From IMG/VR virus record IMGVR_UViG_3300014838_001974, positions 1 to 59,432 of that record: 59,432 nt of DNA. One strand, 5' to 3'. Origin of the DNA: a virus (taxonomy: Duplodnaviria; Caudoviricetes). The notes beneath the pieces are model-generated. The model worked only from the letters and a program-made list of their open reading frames with translations, had not been told where the DNA came from and searched no databases. Made by a program: the position numbers and the translations under genes. The stretch's first letter is position 1. Each line of letters starts with the position of its first letter. Below are positions 47,309 to 54,976 of the stretch, piece by piece.

Positions 47309-47522
47309 GCCGTCGCTGTCGCGCCGGCTAGTCAAGCTGCAGGTGGTCACTGCGGCCGCGCGCCCCGATGTTCTCGCTCGAGTTGTCGGGCCAGATGCCG
47401 AGGTTCGCGAAGCGCGAGCCCGCGCCCTCGCCGCTCCACCACGAACCACCGAAGATGGACGCGCGCGGCGTGTCGGGATCGCCGTCATGGCCCCATACCC
47501 AGAGATTGCCGGTGGCCTGCAT
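47309..47522 (-). repeat. DGR variable repeat VR2 with IMH-like tail and downstream hairpin
   Basis: 214-bp ungapped copy of 52981-53194 with 17 mismatches, 15 of them in the VR and all 15 involving A on the coding strand. Confidence 0.9.
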
Positions 47523-48242
47523 CGCGCCGTCCTGGCTGGTGCGCGCGGCATCGAGGCCGGTTATCCGCGGATCGCCAGCGCGAGAGGTTTTTTCGGTGAC
47601 GCCGAAGGCAAAGGCCCGGAATTCGTCCGAGCTCATCGGCTGCTTGCCGTGATGCGCCAGCACGGCGACGGCGGTCGGATAATCCAGCTTCCGGTACTTC
47701 TTGCCGGTTGCGGGATTGACCGGCGGCGCGTCGCCGTCCGCGATCGTCGCGCCGAATTGGCTGGTGCCATTGATGTGGTGGTCGACGCCAAGCAGGTAGA
47801 TGTCGCCCCAGAATTTAAGGCCGAATCGTTCGCACAGCGCCATGCCGCGCGGATCCGCCGCGGGGCGATACTCCAGATCCCACAACGATCGGGGATTGAT
47901 CGCCGGAATTTCGTCGCCGCCGACGCGCGCCGGTGCATTGCTGCCCGGCGCAAAATGGAAACCGGCAAAATAGATGTCGTGGGCCAGAACCGGACCGAGC
48001 AGTTTAACGGCTTGAGGCGCGCGGTCGAAAGTGCACATTACGCCGTAGTCGCAACCGGTTTCGAGGCCGACGTCGGGCATGATGATGGCGGTATCGGCGC
48101 CGAAGGACACGCCGTCGAAGATCGTGCCGGCCTTGACGGCCGCAGTTTTGGGACCGGTTAGCTTGATCGCGGGCGAATGCGGATCCAGCTTGGTCAGCAA
48201 TTTTGGCGAGATATCGGTTGTGGCATGCTTGTTCATGGTCAT
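47328..48242 (-). CDS. Mtd-like (major tropism determinant, C-type lectin fold) DGR target protein 2
   Basis: GFHFAPGSNA..GG..PAINPRSLWDL.YRP..DPRGM, FWGDIYLLGV, GTSQFGATIADG, QATGNLWVWG and GGSW..GSR..IGARGRSDHL parallel Bordetella phage BPP-1 Mtd. Confidence 0.9.
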   Translation of the reverse strand: MTMNKHATTDISPKLLTKLDPHSPAIKLTGPKTAAVKAGTIFDGVSFGADTAIIMPDVGLETGCDYGVMCTFDRAPQAVKLLGPVLAHDIYFAGFHFAPGSNAPARVGGDEIPAINPRSLWDLEYRPAADPRGMALCERFGLKFWGDIYLLGVDHHINGTSQFGATIADGDAPPVNPATGKKYRKLDYPTAVAVLAHHGKQPMSSDEFRAFAFGVTEKTSRAGDPRITGLDAARTSQDGAMQATGNLWVWGHDGDPDTPRASIFGGSWWSGEGAGSRFANLGIWPDNSSENIGARGRSDHLQLD

Positions 48243-48661
48243 TCTCCAGGTTGAGGTTGTGTCCCGTTAAGTTCCTTGACGCGCAAAATCAGATATTCCC
48301 GCACCGCCGCCGGCGGAAAATCCGGATGGCCCCACGCCTTGCAGCGAATGCCGTATTCGAGAAAAAGCGTCCGGCCTTCCTCGTAACGGTACTGCGCGAG
48401 CTCGAACGATCGCGCATCGCCCACCGTGCTGCTCTCGATCAGATCGGGCCCGTCGAACAACGCCGGCATCGACCAGCCCAGCCGCTTCAGGGCGCCTGCC
48501 GGCGTCTCCGCAAAGATCCGCTGCATGATGTGGTCGTGGTTCATCGGCAGGCCGGCGCGCGCATCGAGGAAGCCGAGCCGAAACGCCGGATGCATGACGC
48601 ATTGCCAGAGATCGCCGAGCGTCATGGCTTTCTGGCTGACGGGGCGGTCGATAATCGGCAT
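48239..48661 (-). CDS. Hypothetical protein
   Basis: ORF coupled to the Mtd-like gene; GAGG SD. Confidence 0.6.
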   Translation of the reverse strand: MPIIDRPVSQKAMTLGDLWQCVMHPAFRLGFLDARAGLPMNHDHIMQRIFAETPAGALKRLGWSMPALFDGPDLIESSTVGDARSFELAQYRYEEGRTLFLEYGIRCKAWGHPDFPPAAVREYLILRVKELNGTQPQPGE

Positions 48662-48667
48662 GGCGCC

Positions 48668-49000
48668 TCACCTCGGCTCCTCGATCAGAAACGCCGCGGC
48701 GCGCCCGAGCGGCGAAGCCGGCGACCCGTCGGAATTTCGCTTCATCGATTTGGCGATTTCGGTCGGTGGGCAGCCATATTGCAGCAGCATCGACATCAGG
48801 ATGGCGCCGTCGTTCGCCAGCAGGTCCGCGCCGCTGTCGACCTTCTGCGCGTTGAGAAACACCTCGGCGATCGGCCCGAGGATACCGCGCTCGATGCAGA
48901 CCACCTCGCGGCCGAGCCCGATCTTGTAGCGCATGCCCTCGTGCTCGATCGCGACGGTCTCGTGGGCGCGGCGATTGGCGAGGCGCTTGCGATGGGTCAT
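48668..49000 (-). CDS. Stand-alone TSCPD-like domain (resembles the NrdJ C-terminus)
   Basis: RKRLANRR...IAEVFL...D.AILMSMLLQYGCP..EI...SPLG. Confidence 0.65.
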   Translation of the reverse strand: MTHRKRLANRRAHETVAIEHEGMRYKIGLGREVVCIERGILGPIAEVFLNAQKVDSGADLLANDGAILMSMLLQYGCPPTEIAKSMKRNSDGSPASPLGRAAAFLIEEPR

Positions 49001-49311
49001 GCCGACGACCCCGGAATGGTTTCGAACAGGTCGGCGGGCTCGGCGCGCAATTCCTTTCCCGCATAGCCCATTGCAACCAGGGCGCGGGCGACCAGGTGCC
49101 AGACATGGATGGCCTGGCGCGGATAGTCGTTCACGTCGCCCTCGCGCGTGACGACGGCTCGATCGAGCTGCTCGCGCGATCGACCCCGCAGCGTGGCGAC
49201 GTAATAATCGCCGCGTTCGACCGACCCGCCGGTATTGCAGATTTTCATCCGCGCGATCTCGGTGACTTTTCGGGTGATCGCGGAATGCAGCTCTACGCGA
49301 ACAATGATCAT
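48997..49311 (-). CDS. Hypothetical phage protein
   Basis: MIIVRVELHSA..GDY..YPR..VWHLVARAL; coupled. Confidence 0.65.
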   Translation of the reverse strand: MIIVRVELHSAITRKVTEIARMKICNTGGSVERGDYYVATLRGRSREQLDRAVVTREGDVNDYPRQAIHVWHLVARALVAMGYAGKELRAEPADLFETIPGSSA

Positions 49312-49607
49312 CGCTCGCCCTCATCGGAAGCGGTCATACTGATCGCCTCCGGCTTTGGCAGCGCTTCAAGGTAGGTATTCAGCTCGACCGCCCAGCTGTC
49401 GTGGTCGATCGAGCCATCCTCGGAAGTGATGATAATGTGGCCGCAGGAATAGCCGCCGGAAATCGAAGACGGCGTGAGTTTGCCATGCCGTCCGATCTCG
49501 CGCGCCAGATGTTCCAGTTCACGGGATAGCGTCGGCCAATCGTCGGCCTCGATCTTGGCGAGCAATACAACGCGCCGGCGCGGCTTGCGGTCGAGTTCGT
49601 CGGTCAT
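49308..49607 (-). CDS. Hypothetical protein
   Basis: Start MTDELDRK; ATGA overlaps. Confidence 0.55.
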   Translation of the reverse strand: MTDELDRKPRRRVVLLAKIEADDWPTLSRELEHLAREIGRHGKLTPSSISGGYSCGHIIITSEDGSIDHDSWAVELNTYLEALPKPEAISMTASDEGER

Positions 49608-49858
49608 GCCGATATCCCCCGCTTGGCTTCCCGCGGAAACGCGCCGATCGGATGCCGCCGGATCCATTTGCCATTTCGCGCGCGGAACAACGGCGGCGGC
49701 GCCGGCACGGCGCGGGCGATCACAAAGCCCTCGCCGGCATATTTGGTCGTGATCCGTCCGGCATCGCGCAGCGCGACGATTTCGGCATCGAGCGGCACCA
49801 GGTAGCCATCAAAGCGCTGCGCCAGTTCGAGCGTGAAGGCCGCCGCGTCATTCATCAT
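49604..49858 (-). CDS. Hypothetical protein
   Basis: Start MMNDAAAF; ATGA overlaps. Confidence 0.5.
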   Translation of the reverse strand: MMNDAAAFTLELAQRFDGYLVPLDAEIVALRDAGRITTKYAGEGFVIARAVPAPPPLFRARNGKWIRRHPIGAFPREAKRGISA

Positions 49859-50106
49859 GATTTCAGCCGCCCTGTTATTGCCCCGGCCAGTTCGCGCCTT
49901 CCGGAGGCCGTGATGCGCGCGATGCGTTTCAGGCCCGTGCCGACGATCGTGCAATGGCGGCGCACCTCGAGCGACAAGATGGTCGCGCTGCTCCAGTACT
50001 GGCCTGGTCTGAGATCGCTGCAGAAGCCGGCGACGCTGTAGCCGAGCGCCTTCTTCGACATCCAATGCAGCGCGTCATGCTGGTGCGGGGAAAGTCGTTT
50101 CGTCAT
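49855..50106 (-). CDS. Hypothetical protein (winged-helix-like)
   Basis: Start MTKRLSP; TILSLE.R...ARITASGR pattern; ATGA overlaps. Confidence 0.55.
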   Translation of the reverse strand: MTKRLSPHQHDALHWMSKKALGYSVAGFCSDLRPGQYWSSATILSLEVRRHCTIVGTGLKRIARITASGRRELAGAITGRLKS

Positions 50107-51221
50107 GCCACAGCTCCCGTCCATTCCAGCTCGTCACCCCATGACGTCCATCCCGCGCGCGGCCGCCGCGCCTGCAGCTCGATGTAGGGCCCCTCGCCGA
50201 GCCGCTCGGCGCGCGCCAGCCATTCATCCGGCTTGCGGGAGTGCTCCATGACAGGCGCGATGATCAGCTGTCGCACGTCGGCGTGCAGGCGTTTCGGATT
50301 GCCCTTGGTGGCAAGCCAGCAGTCTTCCGGATTGGCGCGGGTCCAGAACCCCTGCCCCATATGCCAGGTCGAGGGGCTCCAGATGTCGAGCGCGGCGCCG
50401 TTTTTCCCCGCGATGCCATTGGTCTTGATCCAGGTCCAGGCGGTGGTGATGTGCCTGAATCCGTAATGGGCGATCAGGTCGAGCGCGTCCTGCGGGCACC
50501 AGTCCACCATCCACATGCAGAGGATCGAATCCTCATGTGCGAGCTCGCCGACCGGCAGCGCCTTGATCCTGTCGACCTCTTCGGTCTTGTAATGGACGTT
50601 GGCCGATCGGCCGTCGCCGGCGGCCGAGCGGGTCAGGAATTTCCACTGCGGATCGGAGCCGATCAGTTTGGCGCGATATCCGGACAGCGCCAGGCGTCCG
50701 AGATCCTCGACGCAGCCGCCGCTCCTGGTGCGCGCGGCGTGGTCGGCACGGCGCCTGTCGAGATCGGCGGCTTTTTCGGCTTCGCGCACCGGATTGACCG
50801 GGATGGCTTTTCCGGACGCCGCTCTCGCCAACGTGCTGGCGACCACGGCTTCGAATTCGTCGTCATCGAGCGCCGCCGAGGCTTTTGCGCGCATCGACAG
50901 CTTGCGATCGACGCCGATTTCGTCGAGCGTCGCCGGCGTCGGCGCGTCGCCATGTTCTTTCGCGAACTTCTCGCGGTTGACCGTTTTGGAAAGCAGCTGC
51001 CCGGCTTCCGTCGCCCGCTGCAACAACACCCCGAGCCAGCGCTCGATCCGCATCTGGTATTCGAGCGCCTTGTGCAGCAGCTCTTGGTCGCGCACCCGCT
51101 TCGCATGCAGCTTGACATGGTCGAGCTCGTCCCGACCCTTCAGCACCACGTCGATCTGGGTCGACTCCAGTGCCACGGTCAGGGCCGTCATCGCGCGATC
51201 GTAATGGGCGAGCACGGTCAT
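50103..51221 (-). CDS. MT-A70-family adenine methyltransferase with N-terminal helical domain
   Basis: SDPQW (DPPW-like), IKALPVGELA, LCMW, GF..ITTAWTWIK, MGQGFWTRANPE, EHSRKPDE and IELQARR..GWTSWGDE. Confidence 0.88.
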   Translation of the reverse strand: MTVLAHYDRAMTALTVALESTQIDVVLKGRDELDHVKLHAKRVRDQELLHKALEYQMRIERWLGVLLQRATEAGQLLSKTVNREKFAKEHGDAPTPATLDEIGVDRKLSMRAKASAALDDDEFEAVVASTLARAASGKAIPVNPVREAEKAADLDRRRADHAARTRSGGCVEDLGRLALSGYRAKLIGSDPQWKFLTRSAAGDGRSANVHYKTEEVDRIKALPVGELAHEDSILCMWMVDWCPQDALDLIAHYGFRHITTAWTWIKTNGIAGKNGAALDIWSPSTWHMGQGFWTRANPEDCWLATKGNPKRLHADVRQLIIAPVMEHSRKPDEWLARAERLGEGPYIELQARRPRAGWTSWGDELEWTGAVA

Positions 51222-51436
51222 GCGATATTCTCGATCCGTCGCCGCTCGCGGCTGACCTGCAGCGCCGCCCAGGCCGCGCTTTCGGGCACCACCAGCCTGA
51301 TGGATATTTCCTTGGTGTCGAAACCGGCGGCGAACATGTCGCCGGCGATGATGATCAAGGCCTCGTCGCACCGCGCCTCGCTGATGCTCATGCGCGCGGC
51401 ACGCTTCGGAGGTCCGAATGTGCTGTCCGGTCTCAC
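51218..51436 (-). CDS. Small hypothetical HTH-like protein
   Basis: GFDTKEISIRLVVPESAAW; coupled. Confidence 0.55.
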   Translation of the reverse strand: MRPDSTFGPPKRAARMSISEARCDEALIIIAGDMFAAGFDTKEISIRLVVPESAAWAALQVSRERRRIENIA

Positions 51437-52620
51437 GGTGCGATCTCCACGATCTGCCGTCCGATGCCCTTGAGGCTTCGGACCTCGAGTCCGATCTTCT
51501 TGAGCGATGCGAGCTCGTGCACCAGTCCGTCGAGATACTCGCCTGCATTCGACGGCCGCGCGTTCCAGAGCTTTGCGATCAGGAAGTCATCGCCGATCGG
51601 ATTCGGTTTTGCCTTGGAAAGCAGCCCGACCAGCAGCGCGGCGCGGGGCGTCACGCGGACCTGCCGTCCATTGAAGGTGACCACGTCGCGGCCGATGGAG
51701 AAGATGCCGGGGCCGGCTGCTGGCGCGGAGGCCGCCGGCGGCTGCCTGGTCGAAGCCGTCTTTAACGGGGCCGCGGGTCTCTCCTCTGGCGGCAGCGGCG
51801 CCTGCGATAAATGCGCGGCAACGAGACCGCCCAGGATCGCTGCCACCTTTGCTCCGGTATCGATCGACCTGGCGCGCGCGGCGTTGAACTGCGCGCTGAA
51901 GTCGAAACTCTGCATCTGGAAAAGCAACAGCTTTCGATCGGCGCGGGTTTGGCGCGCGTCTTTCAGCGCCAGGCACAGTCCCTCCACGATCGCGGCCCGG
52001 ATCATGCCGACATTGCCCTTGCGGGTCATGGTGATGCAGGCAAGTGCCGCGATCAGCACGTCACGGCCGAATCTTTCGAGCGCGCCCTGCAGCATCGCAA
52101 CCGCGAGCGTCTCGCCCGGCTTCATCTTGTTGGCCGGTACCGGATAGCGGCAGATCGTCACCCCGGCCTCGAGGCAGACCTCGGTCAGGGCGACGGCCGT
52201 CTTGTTGCCGGCAGCCAGGCGCGCGGCGTGAAGCTGCAGCGGCGACATCGCGGTGACGTTGGCGTTGATCGCAACGAACGCGTCGGCCTGCTCGGCATCG
52301 TCGGCCGCGATGATCACGCACGGCACGGACTCGAAGCCGCGGAGCGCGGCCGCGGTGGCGCGGTGCTGGCCGTCGACGATCGCGAACAGGCCCTCGCCGA
52401 TCGGCGCGACGATCAAAGGGCCGAACTTGGCCCAGCGGAACGCCGGCGCGATCGCCAGGATGTTATCAGCGCCGCGGCGGCCGATGTCCCGCTGGTATCG
52501 CGGATCGATGCGAAGCCGCGATATCTTGAGCCATTGCAATTCGGGCCGCTCGCCGGGCTCTGAGGCCGCTCCGGCATAGCGCGGCCTAAGCGGAGCCGGA
52601 TCGATGGCGCGCAGGGTCAT
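51433..52620 (-). CDS. ParB N-terminal-domain protein with C-terminal winged helix
   Basis: LRIDPRYQR, IVDGQHRATAA and ADAFVAIN; OmpR-like C-terminal pattern RVTPRAALLV..L...GIGRQI. Confidence 0.8.
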   Translation of the reverse strand: MTLRAIDPAPLRPRYAGAASEPGERPELQWLKISRLRIDPRYQRDIGRRGADNILAIAPAFRWAKFGPLIVAPIGEGLFAIVDGQHRATAAALRGFESVPCVIIAADDAEQADAFVAINANVTAMSPLQLHAARLAAGNKTAVALTEVCLEAGVTICRYPVPANKMKPGETLAVAMLQGALERFGRDVLIAALACITMTRKGNVGMIRAAIVEGLCLALKDARQTRADRKLLLFQMQSFDFSAQFNAARARSIDTGAKVAAILGGLVAAHLSQAPLPPEERPAAPLKTASTRQPPAASAPAAGPGIFSIGRDVVTFNGRQVRVTPRAALLVGLLSKAKPNPIGDDFLIAKLWNARPSNAGEYLDGLVHELASLKKIGLEVRSLKGIGRQIVEIAP

Positions 52621-52712
52621 CGCGCTGCCCCCACTGGAAATCCATTATGCACGCGCGCGCGGATCGGATTCCAGGTCGCATCCGTCCACTCGATCGCGGA
52701 GTTGTCGGCCAT
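52617..52712 (-). pseudogene. Internally deleted phage Gp37/Gp68 (DUF5131)-family gene
   Basis: MADNSAIEWTDATWNPI (family N-terminus) joined directly to HNGFP (family C-terminus); only 31 codons remain. Confidence 0.75.
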
Positions 52713-52795
52713 CAGTTTTTCCCCGCGCGGTTGACAGGACCAAGGCCAAGGCTGCGGATCAGGTTGGCGCTGTCGGCCCAACGCGCGTGGCCGAG
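52712..52795 (-). pseudogene. C-terminal remnant of a DGR reverse transcriptase
   Basis: An alternative frame reads LGHARWADSANLIRSLGLGPVNRAGKN*, matching the (SW)LGHA.xADS C-terminal motif of DGR RTs; its TGA overlaps the next ATG (TGATG). Confidence 0.75.
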
Positions 52796-52970
52796 CCTGG
52801 TAGAGATCGCCGATCGGCACGAACAGCGCGGCCAGCACGGCATCACGAAGGACGCCGTGCCGGCGCGGACTGTTCTGCAGGATCGGATAGAGATAGCTCA
52901 CAAAGGCCTCGTATTTTTCCACGATCGCCAGGGCATCGGTCGCTGACGTTTCATCCCGGACGATCATCAC
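52794..52970 (-). pseudogene. avd: Truncated Avd (accessory variability determinant)
   Basis: LAIVEKYEAFVSYLYPILQNSPRRHGVLRD...LYQA matches the first two helices of bAvd-like proteins; directly downstream of the target gene and hairpin. Confidence 0.8.
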
Positions 52971-52980
52971 GGACTCAACC

Positions 52981-53194
52981 GCCGTCGCTGTCGCGCCGGC
53001 TATTCAGGCTGCAGGTGGTCACTGCGGCCGCGCGCCCCGATGCACCCGCTCGAGACGCCGGGCCAGTAGCCGAGGTCCGCGTAGCGCGAGCCCGCGTTCC
53101 CGCCGTTCCACCACGAACCACCGAAGAAGGACGCGCGCGGCGTGTCGGGATCGCCGTCATGGCCCCATACCCAGAGATTGCCGGTGGCCTGCAT
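52981..53194 (-). repeat. DGR variable repeat VR1 with IMH-like tail and hairpin GCCGGCGC-GACA-GCGACGGC
   Basis: Paired with 47309-47522; adenine-specific mismatches at codon positions 1 and 2. Confidence 0.9.
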
Positions 53195-53908
53195 AAGGCC
53201 GAATTTGCTGGTGCGCGGCGCATCGAGGCCGATGGTTTCCGGATCGTCCTTGGCCGAGCTGCGCTCAGTGACGCCGAATGCCGCGGCAAAGAATTCCTCG
53301 GCGCCGAGCAGCCCTTTGCCGTGGGCGGCCAGCGCGGCGACGGCGGTCTCGTAATCGAATCGCTTGTATTTCTTGCCCGAAGCATCGAGCGGCCGATTGT
53401 CGCCGTCGGCGATGGCGACGCCGAATTGGCTGGTGCCGTCCTTGGCGCAGTTGGCGCCGGTCAGATAGATGTCGCACCAGAATTTCGAGCCGAACAGCTC
53501 GACCAGCGCCATGCCGCGCGGATCCGGACAGGCCGGGCGGAAATTCAGGTCCCAGCACGAAAACGGATTGATCGTCGGAGTATCATCGCCGCCGGCGCGC
53601 GCGGCGGCGTTGCCGCCCGGCGCGAAATGAAAGCCGCCGATCTGAAGGTCGAGCGGCGTTGCGGTGATCAGCTTGATCGCCTGCGGCACGAACTCATGGC
53701 CCAGCATAACGCCGTAATCGGAGCCCGGCTCGAGTCCGGCCGCCGGCAGCCGCACGTCGACGTCGGCCGTAAAGCGATGCTCGCCGAGCCGGGTGCCGGC
53801 CTTCACGATCACGGTGCCGCGGCCGGTCACCTTCAGCGCCGGCGAGCCGGGATCCGTCTTCACCAGGAGCGAATTCGCTCCCTTGATCTTCGTGGCATGC
53901 TTGTTCAT
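53000..53908 (-). CDS. Mtd-like DGR target protein 1
   Basis: Paralogue of 47328-48242; GGFHFAPGGNAAARAGG, DPRGMALV, FWCDIYL and TSKFGLMQATGNLWVWG; VR at the C-terminus. Confidence 0.9.
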   Translation of the reverse strand: MNKHATKIKGANSLLVKTDPGSPALKVTGRGTVIVKAGTRLGEHRFTADVDVRLPAAGLEPGSDYGVMLGHEFVPQAIKLITATPLDLQIGGFHFAPGGNAAARAGGDDTPTINPFSCWDLNFRPACPDPRGMALVELFGSKFWCDIYLTGANCAKDGTSQFGVAIADGDNRPLDASGKKYKRFDYETAVAALAAHGKGLLGAEEFFAAAFGVTERSSAKDDPETIGLDAPRTSKFGLMQATGNLWVWGHDGDPDTPRASFFGGSWWNGGNAGSRYADLGYWPGVSSGCIGARGRSDHLQPE

Positions 53909-53982
53909 GGGTCAGGTCTCCAGGGTTGACCGGCCGTCCCGCCGGCGGGGTTGAAGAATCGGCGATGGAAATTTTCCGGACA

Positions 53983-54324
53983 TCAGTCGCAGCTCCGGCA
54001 TTCGAAGCAGTCGCAGGCGTGCTCGTAGCCTTCCGGATGATCATTCAGCGGCGATGACACCGCGATCAGCAGGTGCTCAAATGCCGTCGCGGTCAGGTTC
54101 GGATTCTTGCCGAGACCGATCGCCCATGTGTCCATGAGATCGGCGCAGCGGAATGCCTCGGATACCTTGGCGGTATCTTCCCCTTCGCGCGCCCGCAGCA
54201 GCGCCCAGATCCGCACCAGCGTCGGCGCGTGACGATCGCGGCCGAGCAATACGAACATCGGCTCATCGGACTTTGCCGCGGCATAACAATCGAACTGTCC
54301 GGGATTGTTCTTGCTGGCCATCAC
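53983..54324 (-). CDS. Conserved phage hypothetical protein
   Basis: SKNNPGQFDCY..A..DEPMFVLLGRD..AP.LV..WA pattern; Cys-rich tail. Confidence 0.65.
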   Translation of the reverse strand: MMASKNNPGQFDCYAAAKSDEPMFVLLGRDRHAPTLVRIWALLRAREGEDTAKVSEAFRCADLMDTWAIGLGKNPNLTATAFEHLLIAVSSPLNDHPEGYEHACDCFECRSCD

Positions 54325-54644
54325 GACCCCCTCGCCTCTTTCTCGTTGCGGTGTGCGATCCAGACTTCACAGCGCAGCCAGGGCAGTGCGGCGCCGGCCA
54401 GCATCAACAGCCGCGAAGTGGCGTCGCGATCGCTGGCGAAGAATTCCTCCAGCAGGATCACCGTGACCAGCGCCGCGCGCGTGGTGCGGACGCCCTCGGC
54501 CGGCAGCGCATCGGCGCGGCGGACCTCGGCGGCAAGATCCGTGAAGCTTTGGTCGACGGCAAAACCGTAATGCTTCGCCGGCCGCGTGATGGTGAGCTCG
54601 GTAAAGCCGATCAGGTCGGTGAGGATTTCGGATAGCGGTCTCAT
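54321..54644 (-). CDS. Hypothetical protein
   Basis: Coupled ORF. Confidence 0.6.
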   Translation of the reverse strand: MRPLSEILTDLIGFTELTITRPAKHYGFAVDQSFTDLAAEVRRADALPAEGVRTTRAALVTVILLEEFFASDRDATSRLLMLAGAALPWLRCEVWIAHRNEKEARGS

Positions 54645-54976
54645 TGGCGCTGCGCTCCGGTGCGGGCGAGTTCGGCGGACTCTTCACGCAACAGGGGAAC
54701 GAAGGCGGCCATGATCGCCGCCCAGCGCTCGGCGCGGACGCCGGTCGCGATCGCGGTGCGCATCATCGCCACCACCAGGAGGCGCGTCGGATCGGCGACC
54801 GCGTTGCAGCGCGGATCGTGGCCGATCAGCTGCAGCTCGAGGAAAACCCGGTCGGCCTCAGTTGCGAGCCGGGCGCCGTCGCTGCGGCGCTCGAGATAGC
54901 TGGTCGCGGCGGCCACCGCCTGGGCGGCGAGGAAATTGGCCAGCTCGGGCGTGGTGAAGTTTTGATGCAGCGACAT
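54641..54976 (-). CDS. Hypothetical protein
   Basis: Coupled ORF. Confidence 0.6.
   Translation of the reverse strand: MSLHQNFTTPELANFLAAQAVAAATSYLERRSDGARLATEADRVFLELQLIGHDPRCNAVADPTRLLVVAMMRTAIATGVRAERWAAIMAAFVPLLREESAELARTGAQRQ

Noticed and set aside
45419-47551. 710-aa ParB ORF starting at 47551
   Set aside because: The N-terminal extension overlaps the Mtd-like VR in another frame; a good SD and ATG occur at 47278.
52617-52970. 117-aa ORF as an ordinary gene or intact Avd
   Set aside because: It resolves into an Avd N-terminal half, an out-of-frame RT tail and a Gp37/Gp68 stub.
47309-53194. One of the two repeats being the DGR template repeat
   Set aside because: Both lie in-frame at the 3' ends of intact genes, both carry the hairpin, and adenines at variable sites are split between the copies, so both are VRs. 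No third, A-rich copy was seen in the window.
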